A stretch of 64,000 bases of DNA, taken from assembly GCA_964016885.1 (NCBI GenBank), contig OZ024740.1, positions 221,650,001 through 221,714,000 on the forward strand. Reading direction: 5' to 3'. The translations under genes were made by a program, and so were the position numbers. The notes under the pieces were generated by a model that saw nothing but the letters and a program-made list of their open reading frames with translations, was not told the DNA's origin and ran no database searches. The stretch is from Eledone cirrhosa. Lineage: Eukaryota. Below are positions 41,106-54,721 of the stretch, piece after piece (within the stretch, counting starts at the first letter, position 1; each line of letters opens with the position of its first letter).

Positions 41106-42110
41106 TACTCTTGGGTGCCAAATAATCGGGGTCTGGAATAAGCGGGGCAAGGGGACAATCGGTAATTTTTCTAGGTTATTTTCGTTGATTTTTTTTAAAA
41201 CAAGAATTAGTCGTTTAGTTTACATATTGAGACCACAACCCATCCTATTTATTTTATAACGTATGGGACTTTTAATAATGTTAATTGTTTGTCATGTATA
41301 TCGTTTTTTAAATAACGTGAATTCAATAACAAAAGCATTAGTCGATTTAAATATAGATAATTAGTAATGTTGTAGTTGTAACAGTGAACAGTTGTAACCA
41401 GTGTCATCTGGTGTAAACATGGAAAGAAGGAAAGAAAAGGAAGGCGAGAACATCATCACAACTAATGCACATAATACTTTGCTTTAATGTGAGTGTGTGT
41501 GTCTGTGGAACATATACACCAGGTTCAAACACAAAGGAACCAAACTCCCACTGTCACAGTCTCCGCACCTCTCTCTCTCTCCCTATCTCTCACAATTATG
41601 AGCAAATGGGGACCCACGCAGACTTGGTGTACAAAATAGAGAAGGCGTTTCCCTGTAGTATGATGAAGGAGATGCGCTGGTAGAGCTATTTCAGCTCGCA
41701 AGGCTCACAGCTGCGGGTAGCCAACTCTATGCCTATGGTGGTGAGTAGCGAGGTAGCCCTAGGGCCAAGGACACCAGAAGTCTCCACTGCTACGGGCTCG
41801 ACCGCAACCCTGTCGGAGAGCGACCGATATTTGGGGAGTTTATCCTCCTCGGCCCAAAATATGCCGGAAAATGTGTCGCTCCATGTGGCATCCCAGATGA
41901 GGGGTTTACCACCGCGGTACAAGAAGATAGTTACAATATCTAAAGAAAATTAATTATCGTAGGAATGCTACCACTTAAAATAAAATTTCGCCGGAGATAG
42001 ATTAGCAAAATTTAATAAGCGAGAGGACTAGAATAATATAAGGGGATGGGGGTGGAAAACATCTGAATAATTAATAAGTGGAGGGTGAATGATTATTCGA
42101 GACTCGAGTA
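41106..42110. mobile_element. Putative pogo/Tc1-type MITE enclosing a CRE fragment
   Basis: Left TACTCTTGGGTGCCAAATAATC versus right reverse complement TACTCGAGTCTCGAATAATC; internal aataagcg(g/a)g repeats. Confidence 0.55.
41500..41922 (-). mobile_element. CRE-clade non-LTR retrotransposon 3' fragment (restriction-like endonuclease)
   Basis: GKPLIWDATWSDT...AEEDKLPKY..L...EPVAVETSGVLGP..., then QRISFIILQGNAFSI; related fragment at 50540-50740. Confidence 0.8.
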
Positions 42111-43267
42111 TACAAATCTAAAATCAAGAAATCATTCAATTGCAAAAGCATATTATTTCAGTCTTCTGTGAAATCTTACACGTTTGTTCTAGACTATACG
42201 AAATCGTTATTGATATAATCTTGGATAAGAAGGCCAAACAAACGAATACATTTGGCTTTAAACTGAAGACTAAAACATTTCTGTTATTAAGACTTTACGA
42301 CTTGTTTACCGAGGAAGATTTTACGTCTATAGACTTACAAGAAGGAATTTTACGATGACAAACACCTCAAATGTCGATCTGCTTATAGAATTATACAGGG
42401 TGTCTGCATCATACACGCTCGATCGTTTCACCAACCGTACTCCCCTTATTAAAATATCGCGTACCTTCAAGACCTTTATATAAAAATGGATATGTATGTC
42501 AATGTTTTGGAAGAAGCATAACGTCATTTTGTAGAGGTTGAGAAAGCTCAGAAAAACAAAACAAAATGACAGTGGTAGCTGCAGAATTTCTTCTCTTACA
42601 TTAGATGATGCGATTTAATGTGGAACAGAGCGTTACCATCTTGATAACTTCAGAAAATAAATTCCGACCACCTACATTAAAAATCGCAATATTTAAAACC
42701 ACATAGGATACAGGCTCATTGTATTCACGCTTAATCAACTTGTGCTCTTCTACTACGCAACTGATCGAAAACGTTGACCTCCAGTAGTATATAAAAATAT
42801 ATCGGAAGATTTAATTTAAAATTCCGAGGTCACAGATATTTAAGTATATATATTGATCCTAGTCTATGGTAAACAGAGGAAAATGCAATAACAAGTCTGT
42901 TTACCATTTGATATTCATTTAACACAGTAAGGCCGGATGACTAAGAAATTTGCTTCACATCACAAGGTTCCGGGTTCCTTCTCACAACGCGGAATCTTCG
43001 ACAAGTATCTTTACCATAGCATTGGGTCGATCCGAACCTTGTGAATAAAATTGGGTTGACCGTAACAATCCAGAAGCTCCTCGGTGGAAGTATACTTGCA
43101 ATTTAAAAGTGCAGCCTTGTCCCACACTTTGTCACGCTGAATTCCACTGGCCATTACTTTTAGACTACACGTGTCTATAGAATACTCAGCCACTTACAAG
43201 ATAATTTAACGTGTAGGCCAGACCGCTGATACAACAACCGGAGCACTCATTATTGTATAGCAGCCAG

Positions 43268-43860
43268 AACGGTGGATTGGCAGTATCGGTAGAGCGTCGG
43301 ACAGCATGTTTTGCGCCAGTACCGCACTGGGGTCGATTTAATCGACTTTCCCGTCACACCAAATTATTGGCCTTGTGTCTATACTAGAAATCATTATTGT
43401 ACTGCAGCTAGAGGCGGTGGATTGGCAGTATCGGTAGAGCGTCGGACACCATGCTTTGCGCCATACAGTTACAGCCTTTTACGTTCTGAGTTCAAATCCT
43501 GCTGAAGTTAGCTTTGCCTTTCATTCTTTACACTGTAAATTACAGAGTCGATAAAATAAATACCAGTTCCGTACTGGGGTCGATTTAATCGACTTTCCCC
43601 TCCACCAAAAATTGCTGGCCTTGTGCCTAAATCAGAAACCATTATGGGCAGTATCAGTAGAATGCCGCAGAAAAGGCTTTGAGATATATAGTAACGACTT
43701 TCAACGTTTTGAGTTCAAATCCCACCGAGATTAATTTTGTCTTTCATCCTTACTGGGGTCAGGGTCGATAAAATAAAACACTAGTAACGCACTGCGGTCG
43801 ATTTAATCAACTTTTCCCTCCCCACAAAAATTGTTGGCCTTGTGCCTGAATGAGAAGCCA
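43268..43860 (+). mobile_element. Cluster of three SINE family 1 copies
   Basis: Repeated ggtggattggcagtatcggtagagcgtcggac heads and ggccttgtgcct tails; cattattgta-cagc junction repeats. Confidence 0.9.
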
Positions 43861-44091
43861 TTATTGTACAGCAGCGTTCATTCTATTTACTTCCTACGTA
43901 TGAGAAGACAAAATATCTGGTGGTATTCAACATCACACGTCCACTTCTATCTATTATAATGCAATATGTGATATATGTAAATATCATAGATTAGACAGAA
44001 AAATATAATGTAATAATCAAATAAATGACGTATTCCAAGACTATCGTCTTTTACAACATTTAATCGCTCGCAATTGTTTTAAAAGACGGTG

Positions 44092-44537
44092 TTAGTAGTA
44101 GTAGTAGGTGAGTGGTGGTGGTAGTGGTGGTAGCAATAGTAGTAGTAGTAGTGGTGGTGGTGGTAGTGGTGTAGTAGTAGTAGTAGTAGTAGATGTAGTG
44201 GTTATGGTGGTGGTGGTAGTAGTAGTAATAGTAGATATAGTGGTAGTGGTGGTGGTGGTAGTAGTAGCAGTAGTAGATGTAATGGTGGTGGTAGTAGTAG
44301 ATGTTGTAGTTGTAGTAGTAGCATTAGTGGTGGTGGTGGTGGGGGTAGTAGTAGTAGTAGTGCCGGTGGTGGTGGTAGTAGTAAAATGTAGTGGTGGTGG
44401 TGGTAGTAATAGTAATAGTAGATGTAGTGGTGGTGGTGGTGGTGGTGGTGGTGGTGGTAGTGGTAGTAGTAGTAGTAGTAGATGTAATGGTGGTGGTGGT
44501 AGTAGTAGATGTAGTAGTTGTAGTAGTAGCATTTGTG

Positions 44538-44581
<44 letters not shown>

Positions 44582-44654
44582 GGTAGTGGTGGTAGTAGTA
44601 GATGTAATGGTGGTAGTAGTAGTGTTGGTGGGGTGGTGGTGGTGGTAGTAGTAA

Positions 44655-44686
<32 letters not shown>

Positions 44687-44748
44687 ATGGTGGTAGTTGT
44701 ATCAGCAGCAGTATTATTATCATTGTTATTATTATGAGTAGCAGCAGC

Positions 44749-44780
<32 letters not shown>
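44092..44780. repeat. (GTA)n/(GGT)n trinucleotide field
   Basis: Seen directly. Confidence 0.95.
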
Positions 44781-44781
<1 letters not shown>

Positions 44782-45873
44782 AATTATGCTTCAACTGATG
44801 CTGCTCGTAGTAAAGATAGATATAGTAGATATATATTTGGTAGCTGTGGGATCGCTCTGAATTGATGTTGCTCGTACTGGCCATAATACTGATAATGATA
44901 GAAATAACTGAGTAAGGTAGGGGTCGCTTTGATCGTGACATGAATAATGATAGCATTGGCAGTAATGGTGAAAATAAACAGAAGTTATCGGTGTTTATGT
45001 TCTTGTTTATTATTGGTTGTAAGGTTATTGTAGCGGCACTTAGCAACAGCAAATATATTTGCCGTTACTGCTACTGCTACTAAGATATTCCTCCCGATAT
45101 TATTATCATCAATGTAACATCCACCCCACACCACCACCACCACGCCATCACCACCAGCCAAACGCTTTTAACATATTTTCAAAAAATATCGATTTATTTT
45201 GACTGTTACTCTTTCAAGTGCAAGCGTATAATTGATTGAATCAACCCCCTTTATATAACTAGTATTATTACCAATATGGAGGAGTAAATATAAGGTCTAA
45301 TGTCCATCTTTGCAGGTTTTATATTCTAACAATCAATTCATTTGTTTTGTATCTACATAAAAAATGAATTTAAAGTCGAAATGAAGAAAAACTGAATGTT
45401 TCTGCATTCATGCATTCTCCAAAGTAATTTGCGGCATAAAAGAAGTAAAATAACAACAAAACATTGCAATTTATGTACTAGCATGCTTGAACATTACATA
45501 TTACAATATGACACAGCATGGCCTTATGGTTAAAAGAGTTCGATTCCACTACGTGGAATCTTGGCTACGTGTCTTTTACCATAACCACGGTTCCCCCCAA
45601 GCCTTTCTAAGTGAAATTGAATGGACAGATAGAAGATGGAGAAGGGTAATTCACAAGGGTCGGCTTTGCTATATCATATCAAGCTGAATATCCCTGAGAA
45701 TTACGTCACCGGTACACCTATCTGTGGAATACTCACCACTTGCACTTTAATAATAATCGCGCAAGTCAACTATTCATTGTCAAAACTAACGGAGGTCCAT
45801 TCACTTTTATGATACGTGCCATACAAGATATAAGTGGCGAATTGGCAAAGTTATTAGAACGTCAGATAGAATG

Positions 45874-45914
<41 letters not shown>

Positions 45915-46271
45915 CTTCTTCTTCTTCTTCTTCTCTAGAGGAAAATGGCCGTGTTGAGATCTTGAACGAGGTTGGCTTCGCCAGATTTAAAATCCCAAAG
46001 AACGCCGTATGTCACGACGGCTCCTCTACAACAACACCATGAGTTACTAGTCAAGACAGATTACAAAAGATATCCACAAACGAATTAGTGCAGCCATAAA
46101 ATGTTGCTCCACAAAATGTCCTTTTCAAAATTACAGAAACATTACAACGCAGTGAATAGCAGAATCAGTTCAGAACCAATCAAGATAACTTGCAGAATTT
46201 AATCCTTTATTCAATGCATGTTTAATGTACTCAAATACACACACACATAATACGCACATGCATACTTACAT

Positions 46272-46449
46272 ATGCTGTAAAATAGCTTATAAAATAGGGT
46301 GAAGACGGAGAAAGATATGTTGCCATCGGCCGCTAAGAGGAATCAAGCCCCGTATCTTTCAGATACCGGCTAGGTGATTTGAACCGATGGTGTCTTCTTT
46401 TTCTATCTTTGAGGGTCGTCACACTATTTTATAAGCTATTTTATAGCAT
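46272..46449. mobile_element. Small element with ~35-bp inverted termini (MITE-like)
   Basis: atgctgtaaaatagcttataaaatagggtgaagac / gtcgtcacactattttataagctattttatagcat. Confidence 0.6.
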
Positions 46450-46530
46450 CTCCGCATATACGCCCACATCCACGAAAAGAAAAGAGGGCGATGTTTATAT
46501 ATACCAAACATTTTACAAATTATAACATAC

Positions 46531-46620
46531 ACTGTTTTATTTGTTGAACCACCAGTCTGAAGAGCAGATCGATAATGGAATCGAGTTCATAACTTCTATG
46601 GGTGATCTTGAGCCAATCCT
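46531..46620 (-). CDS. Candidate 90-nt symmetric exon
   Basis: T-rich tract then catttcgcag| acceptor, a single open frame DWLKITHRSYELDSIIDLLFRLVVQQIKQ, then a |gtatgt donor. Confidence 0.3.
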
Positions 46621-47554
46621 CTGCGAAATGTACGTAACAGGTCGATACACACACAATAAAAAAAAAACTAAATACATAAAAACGAAACGTCATCGTCTTT
46701 CTTAACACACACACACACACACACAGATATGTAATTATTTTCGCGTAATGGCTAACTTTAGTTGAGTACCAGAGCGAGCTCTGTATATGTATTTGTGGCT
46801 TTATAAATACTATCATCATATTACTGACGAGAAAAGCGCCATCTTTCTACATACAACACCATGTTTTCAAGTGATAATAACTCGGTACAAAAATAATTCA
46901 GATATGTCAATGTGAACCATATTTGTACCAAAAACCCGAAGTCCTATAGGTTTATATAACGATATTATATTATCCTTCTTAATAATCTGCAAATGGTTTT
47001 CGTTCTTACGTTATATCGAATGAAAACTACCTCTTAGTTAGAAATCAATATAGTTCCGTGTGACGCAACCAACTTGAAAGGAGAGTGTTACATGATGTCG
47101 GATGTAATTCGACATTAATACTGAAGCTTTGTAAAATGTTGGTTAAAAGACTTGGTATCTGGTTAAAGGAATCATTAAAATATAATGTAAAATAAGACGA
47201 GGTTGGAGCAGTAGAGGCGCTCGATAAATACTTCCAATTCGTAGAAAAATGTCTATTATTTTGTTCTGATGCAAGAGTGCGATCAGCTTTCGTCTAGTAG
47301 CACAATCAATTGTCGATTGATTATATTTATAACAGTAATTCCTCTCAACTTTGTGATTCCTGTTAACCAAAATAGCGGAGAAATTATGTTTCGTTTCGTT
47401 TATCCGGTAGATGTTAAGGAAAAGTCGATCAAATTCAGAATTATTTTTGCAAGATTGCAAAAAATCGAAAGTGATAAATATGCAGTTTAGCTGGTATCAA
47501 ATTGATTTTCAATTTGATGTCCTTTGACATATTATTATTAATATCGTTATTGAT

Positions 47555-48372
47555 CGATTGGCGGAATCGATAGAGCATGGAATAATATATCTTGTAGTAT
47601 TTAGCATCGTACCTTTACGTTCTAAGCTCAAATCCCGCCGAAGTTAGCTTTGCCTTTCATCCGTACGGGGTCGATAAATAAAGCAACAGTAATGTACTAG
47701 GGTCGATTTAATCGACTTTTCCCTCCCCTCAAAATTGTTAGCCTTGAGCCTAAATCAGAAACCATTGTTATTGATGAATTAGTGAAATTAATAGAGCGTC
47801 GAATATATTTTGCGGTATTTATTGGGTCAGGTATGAAATTCGTAGAAATTTGTTTTTTTTCTACAAATTTCATACTTGCCGACCCAATAGTATCGTCCAT
47901 TTATGTTCTAAGTGCAAATCACGTTGGTCAACTTTGCTTTTCCTATTTCTGAGGTCGGTAAATCATTGTCAGTCTAGTACAGGTATTGATGTAATTAACT
48001 AACCCTTCCAACAAAATTGATGGACTTGTACCTGAATTATATATCCTTATCGTCGATAGTGCGACGAACAAAATATTTTGCGGTATTTAGTAACAATCGT
48101 TTATGTTCTGTATCCAAATCTTGCTGGGCTTAACCTAGTCTTTAAGCTTCCCGCAGTCGATAAAATGAAGTACCAGTCAAATACTAAAGTCGATATAATC
48201 GATTTCTCCTTCCCCTCAAATTTCTGGCATTGCCGCTAAATTGAGTTCTGGTTTCAAATCCCGCTGAGGTCAACTTTGCCTTTCATCCATCTGAGGTCGA
48301 TAAAATAAAGAACAAGTTAAATATTGGCGTCGATAAAATTGATTTCTCCTTCCTCCGAAATTGCTAGCCGTA
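47555..48372 (+). mobile_element. Tandem cluster of 4-5 diverged SINE family 1 copies
   Basis: Repeated caaatc..g..g..aactt(t)gc(c)tt(t)c...gtcgataaa cores. Confidence 0.85.
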
Positions 48373-48979
48373 AGCCGTCTTCCCATTCGAAGGAGGTAGA
48401 TCCCTCAGCAGTTCTACCCTCTTGCCCGAGGCCCAAAGCCCAATCACCCTCCCCTTCACCCCACCCCTCTCTTCTGCGACACCAGAGCTCTTGCCATCTG
48501 CTCCCCTTCCCGTTCTTTTTCTTCTTTCTTTCTCTCTTTTTTTCTTTCTATATCTCCCTATTCTTTCTTTACTTTTGTTTCCCCCTTTTTTTTATTTTAA
48601 AAATTAGAAACTATTATTACTATTAAATTCCTTTCCTCCAACACTTACTAATTACAAATAATACTTCTTTTTCTTTTTTTACTAGAGTATAAAGACAACA
48701 ATGCGATTGAGAGTTGTCAACCGTACGAGTTGCAACACGTACAGACTATTTGGTTAATATTTCAAATATTAAATTCATTTGATTATGATTGTATGCATGG
48801 ACCCATAACTCCTAGTGATGTCGTATTGGCGCCGTTGGTACGTACGATTTTTTTTTGGGTGGGGTGGGGTGGGGTGGGGTCTTTTTAAACCTGGCAGAGC
48901 CCATCTCCACTTCAGTCAATTTCTTCCAATGAAGGAGATTGTATGATAGAGAGGAAGTGAGAAAGGGATATAGAGGAAG

Positions 48980-49340
48980 AATCGACCCCGGTACTGGATT
49001 GGTACTTTTTTATCGACCCCGAAATAATTGTTTCTACTTTTGGCACAAGGCCAACAATTAACCAGTACATTACTGGTACTTTATTTTATCGACCCCCGTA
49101 AGGATGAAAGGCAAAGTTAACCTCGGTAGGATTTGAACTCAGTCCGTAAAGGGACGTAACTCTATGCTAGAAAGCATGGCGTCCGACCCTCTGCTGTTAC
49201 TGCCAATCCACTGCCCCGAAATAATGAAAGGTAAAGTTGATCTCGGCGTGATTTGAACTCAGAGCATAGAGAGCCGGAATGAATACTGCAATGCATTCTA
49301 TATTTAATGTTCTCACGACTCAGCCAATTCACCGCCTTTC
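48980..49340 (-). mobile_element. SINE family 1 (49029-49213) nested in an older SINE
   Basis: TSD ccccgaaataat at ~49017 and ~49214. Confidence 0.88.
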
Positions 49341-49759
49341 TGATTATGATTACTTTTACATCAAAGAAGAATTCTCTTGATGCTGTTTTGAATAATGATT
49401 ATCATTTTTTCTCAAGTGTATCACAAGATAATTTGAATATAGAAGGAAAAATTTACATACCTCATCACAACTCCATCATACGCTGAAATCTTGCTGACTC
49501 GGTTCATATGATTTTCAAGCGAAACCAATGTTATCTTCAGCTAACCTTTATGATTCAATCGTATTTTCCAATTATGCCTATAACACCTGTAACGTGTTAC
49601 AAACCAATATAGTGGAGAAATTATGTTTCGTTCCGTTTCTTCGGATGATGTAAGAGAAAGCCAATCAAATTCAGAATTATTTTTGTAAGATTCTAAAACA
49701 TCAAAAACAATAAATATGTAGTTTTACTGATCTCAAAATGATTTTTTTGTTGGTTGAAA

Positions 49760-49942
49760 TTATTTGGCAGTAGAGGGCCGGACGCCGTGCTTTGCAGCAT
49801 AGAGTTACGCCCCTTTACGGTGTGATTTTCAAATCCCGCCGAGGTTAACTTTACCTTTCATCCTTACGGAGTCGATAAAATAAAGTACCAGTAATGCACT
49901 GGGATAATTGCTGGCCTTGTGCCAAAAGTAGAAACAATTAAT
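49760..49942 (+). mobile_element. SINE family 1
   Basis: Full core and tail. Confidence 0.9.
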
Positions 49943-50869
49943 ATTATTACTGGTGCCTTGATAGCTTTCGAGCAACAGAGCAGGATACCATGACTATATC
50001 AATTGGGATTCTAAAATAAAGAATTATAGCAGCAGGGGTTCATCAGTGGTCACGTGTATGCACGAGCCGTTAACTATTAATTGAATCATACGGATGCTGC
50101 TGTAATATACGGCATGACTTAGACATTTAAACCTAATGGATCCTATATATCCCCGGGTCTGAATACAACCGATTTTTTTCAAAAGAAAGAAAGATCGCGC
50201 AAGAGAGAGTAAATGAGAGAGACTTATACAGGAAGAATCGACCTCATTATGGACTGGTATTTTATATATCCACTCCGAAAAGATGAAAGGAAAATATTGA
50301 GCTTGGTAGGATAGGAAATTAGAGTGCAAAGAGCCAGAACGAATAAAGTGAAGTATTCTATTCCACGATGTATCGATTCTGACAATTTGTTACCTATGTA
50401 GCCACTTACCTTTTGTAATACTTTGTTGGTTGACATCAATAATCTTTATCAGAAAGTGGCCAGAGAAGGGGTCGGTAGACATATTCAAACTATAAATATG
50501 AATTCACAATGTTCGTCACAAGTATGAAAATACACTCTTGATGGGTACAATGTGTCCGAATACGGAAGAGCCGAACTCCCACCGTCATCGCCCCATCTCT
50601 CTCTCCATCCCCATCTCTATGTATGGTGAGCAAATGGGGTCGGACGTGCTGGCCGCCCCACAGCCCCGGCGGATAGAATGGAGAAGGGGTTTCCCCGGGA
50701 GGATGGTAAGGGAGATTCGCTGGAAGTGCCATTGCATCTCAAGTCAAATTATTAGGAGGTAAGCATAATCAGACCTTGTAAACGTCGCTTTTATTTCTCC
50801 GTGCGTTGATTAAATAAGTAACAACTATATGTTAAAGTCGATTCAATTGACTGTACACTCTTCCGTATA

Positions 50870-51170
50870 AGGCGGCAAATTGATAGAGTCGTTTGAATGC
50901 CGGATGGAATGTTTTGTGGTATTTGTACCGCCTGTCTGCGCCGCTAGTTCGTTTTCTACCATGGTCAACTTAGCTTTTCATTATTTCGAGGTCGATAAGG
51001 ACGGTGGATTGGCAGTATCAGTAGAGCGTCGGACACCATGTTTTGCAGCTTAGAGTTACGGCCCTTTACGGTATGAGTTCAAATCCCGCCGAGGTTAACT
51101 TTGCCTTGTGCCTATATAAGAAGCCATTATTTCGAGGTCGAAAAAAAAATACCAGTTCAGTATTGAGGTT
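50870..51170 (+). mobile_element. Internally deleted SINE family 1 copy nested in an older SINE
   Basis: TSD cattatttcgaggtcga at ~50979 and ~51125. Confidence 0.8.
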
Positions 51171-52787
51171 GATTTTGTTTTGTCTATTTCTCTTTCTTTA
51201 CGCCTTCACTTCGTAATCATTAGGCCTCGGGTTCGATTCTAATTCGTGGCATCTTGGACAAGTGCCATTTACCATCATAACCTTAAGTCAACCCATGCCA
51301 TGTGAATGAAATTTGGTAGACGGAAACTGTTTGGAAATCCGTCGGACGAACTGTACATATAATTCAAAGAGCCAGTCTTGTGAGAAACTGTGTCATGCTG
51401 AATCTCCCAGAGAATTGCATTAAGAGTGCATGTATGTTTAGAATGCTCAGCCACTTACTCATTAATTTCATGAACAGGATGTTCCGTTGATTAAAAACTG
51501 GAACACTCCTCGCTGAAACCGACGAAGCCCAATCAATATACTTGGAGTCAAGGAGGTATCAAAGATTTCATGAAGAGGTTGATGGTCTGAGTGGTTTAAT
51601 ATCCCTGCTCTGCCAGCTCTCTTCAACATAAAACATTAAAGAGATATATATAAATTACGTAGCTCGAACATAGATTGAAGTTGCTTCATGTTTGTTTTTC
51701 CTTTCGAGATCGATATCAATGGTATGGTTAATTTAGTTGAGTATTTTATGACTACATTGCTGTAGAGAGTTTAGAATAACAAGATTTATTCAAACCATTA
51801 GTTACAACAAAGATGAACCGAAATTCATTCCTCTTCTTCCAACCTTTATTCAATACTAATACATTACTGACGAAATAAACAAAAACAAAATATAAAAAAA
51901 TATAAAATGAAATAAGAGAAAATGAAAAGTTCTCATGCCAAAGTAAAGAATGTCAGGATCGTATTCCACTGAAGATGTCTAGTTAGAATCTTTATTCTAA
52001 ACGACAGCAACTTCATTGGAGTTATTTTATTATGAAATTACAAAAAGCATCAATTATTTAGCGTTGAAAATGGCGAAGTCAGCGTTGCTGACTTGCCAGA
52101 ATTGGTTACATCAAAACTGGTAGCAATAAATACTGGCCTGTAAGTAGCGAACAATCTAGAAAATAAAGAAGAAAATAAAGAAACAGAAAAGACACTAGTT
52201 CATTGAATATGCAGGATTTTCTCCAATAGATCTAGTGGAGAGGAACATCACCATGCTGTGAGCGTTTTAGCTCTAGTTGAGGTTACTTTATAAGTGATTT
52301 CAAATCAGTTTCTGACCGACAAAATGCCGCTTCAGAAAGCAAGTAGGATTCTATTATTGATTATCTGTCACTAATAATATACAAATTTTTTCCTTATCGA
52401 TTTATCAATTTTATTTCATGCCTCCTTTTCTTTGCTTTGTGTTATTTTTTTTTTTTTAAATAATCTACCAAGATTTTTGGCTATGTAACCATATCGGTGA
52501 GAAGGAATGAGTCGATAACTCTTAAACATAGAAAAACTAAACTAAGAGAAATAAAAATATAATCACTTACTTCAGTATTTCAAATTGATTTTAATGTAAA
52601 TATTATGATGTTATTGGGCAGTTATTTAGGTCAGATCTAGTGGAATATTGGTTTCTTTTCTTGTCTTTCATAACTTCGGGATTGATCAGATATATACTAG
52701 TAATGTACTGGGGGATTCAATAGTCATGTTGCCTATAAATGTGTAACAGGATGCAGTATATGAAGTAATTCTTCAATAAGTTTAGAG

Positions 52788-52975
52788 CAGCGTTTCTCAA
52801 CCGGTGTTCCCCGGAAACCTAGGGTTCCACAAGAGGTCGCAAGGGGTTTCGCAAGTAACAGTGATAAATAAGCTAATGCATTTAGATATTAAAAATAATA
52901 TATAACAATTTTCATACAGAAGTTCCATGAGGCAGGAAAACCATTTCAAGGGTCCCACAATGATAAAAAGATTGT
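52788..52975. mobile_element. hAT/Charlie-type MITE, right end eroded
   Basis: gttTAgag|CAGCGTTTCTCAACCGG...gggttccac / gggtcccac repeats. Confidence 0.65.
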
Positions 52976-53951
52976 TCCAGTCTAATAACCAGAAAAAAAA
53001 TGAGTACCGACATTCCGTCCGGTGAATCTTATACTCTCAGTTACTTAAAGCCAATGTATTTAAGATAAACACAGGTCTGATAAGCGTTTATGCTTTGGAT
53101 AGTCGTATATAACTGTTACTTATATCAACGACCGGCCGCAGAGTGATAAACAGTAATATCAATTCGACTAGATGTGAAATCGAAAAGAAAATGATGAAGT
53201 TTCTTGTGCAACTGTCACATCTGTCGCCATCTCAATGTTTGTAAAAGTATAATTTTATACAAACAAGTAACAAAGAAAGAAATGCTTCGTAGTATAATAA
53301 TCTAAGTAAACTTACGCTAACGGTGAAACATTGTGGAAGACATGATTGCTTGATTAGTACTAATGTAATAAATTGCAATTGATCTTAAATTACTTGATTA
53401 CACATCTGATAGACCAGACTTTGAAACACATTATATAAAAGCCGAAACCCCAAAGGAGTAATTAGAATAGCAATTGTTTAAATTAAATGTCTGTGACTTG
53501 GAATAATGAATGACTCGAGGTAAGGTTTCACTGAAAATTGTTTCACGTTTGATAGTTTAGCATAATGCAATTTTTTCCTTCGAGTCTAAAGTAAATTCAA
53601 TCTATTTTGAATGATACGAGTTACTGAGACGGAGAAAAACAAAAGCAAAATTCAGTCGAAGGGTGCAGTCGTGTCTTCAACAAATATAAGCTGGAGGATC
53701 TTATTTCTCATTTACAACACTCGTATCAGCATCTACATATTGCAAATGATGTCCTTGAAATAAAATGGCTTCAATCAGTAAGCTACACCGGTGTAAGGAT
53801 TTCAGATCATCATTGCTTCATTTTAAATTGAAATTGTGTTCAACTTACCGGGAAGTAAGATGAACTCTATTTCATGTTACCATCGGGAATAGCTTAAAAG
53901 TATGTTCATCTTACTATATGATTTCAGCTGCAGTAATGCATTTTTTTGTAT

Positions 53952-53983
<32 letters not shown>

Positions 53984-54010
53984 ACACACACACACACACA
54001 CACACATATG

Positions 54011-54059
54011 CAATTACAAATGAAAAATAAAATATTTTTCGCAACTTCGAATACGAACG

Positions 54060-54111
<52 letters not shown>

Positions 54112-54160
54112 CGTTCGTATTCGAAGTTGCGAAAAATATTTTATTTTTCATTTGTAATTG
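54011..54160. repeat. Perfect palindrome centred on (TA)n
   Basis: caattacaaatgaaaaataaaatatttttcgcaacttcgaatacgaacgaa(TA)n followed by its exact reverse complement. Confidence 0.9.
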
Positions 54161-54337
54161 TATTTTTATCTTTAATATTTTTAAAACTGAATCAATAGTT
54201 TTACATTTTAAGAAAGTGAAACAGCTTAATGCTTTCAAATGGAAAAAAAATGTTTGTTCACCTCAGATTCCAACGAAATATATTTATATACAAAAAGAAA
54301 AAATATACAGAGGTTGTAAATCACCTAATTAACATTA

Positions 54338-54339
<2 letters not shown>

Positions 54340-54368
<29 letters not shown>

Positions 54369-54721
54369 CTTCTTCTTCTTCTTCTTCTTCTTCTTCTTCT
54401 TCTTCTTCTTCTTCTTCTTCTTCTTCTTCTTCTTCTTCTTCTTCTTCTTCTTCTTCTTCTTCTTCTTTTCGCTCCCTTATTCCTGCGAGGGTCGTGGGGT
54501 CAGAGTCCTCAAATACTCACAATTCTCGGGCTGTCAGAATGTGTTATGGACTGGATCCCATTAGGAGGAAGGATTTGGATCTTGAAGCTTCAAGATCCAA
54601 ATCCTTCCTCCTAATGGGATCCAGTCCATAACACATTCTGACAGCCCGAGAATTGTGAGTATTTGAGGACTCTGACCCCACGACCCTCGCAGGAATAAGG
54701 GAGCGAAAAGAAGAAGAAGAA
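54340..54721. repeat. (TTC)n tract plus a spacer-less perfect palindrome (54454-54721) of an RTE 3' end, centre AAGCTT at 54585-54590
   Basis: cgaccctcgcaggaataagggagcgaaaa(gaa)n is present on both strands. Confidence 0.85.

Noticed and set aside
44092-44737. Gly/Ser-, Thr- or Pro-rich mucin-like ORFs
   Set aside because: A pure trinucleotide repeat field open in several frames, with no unique coding flanks
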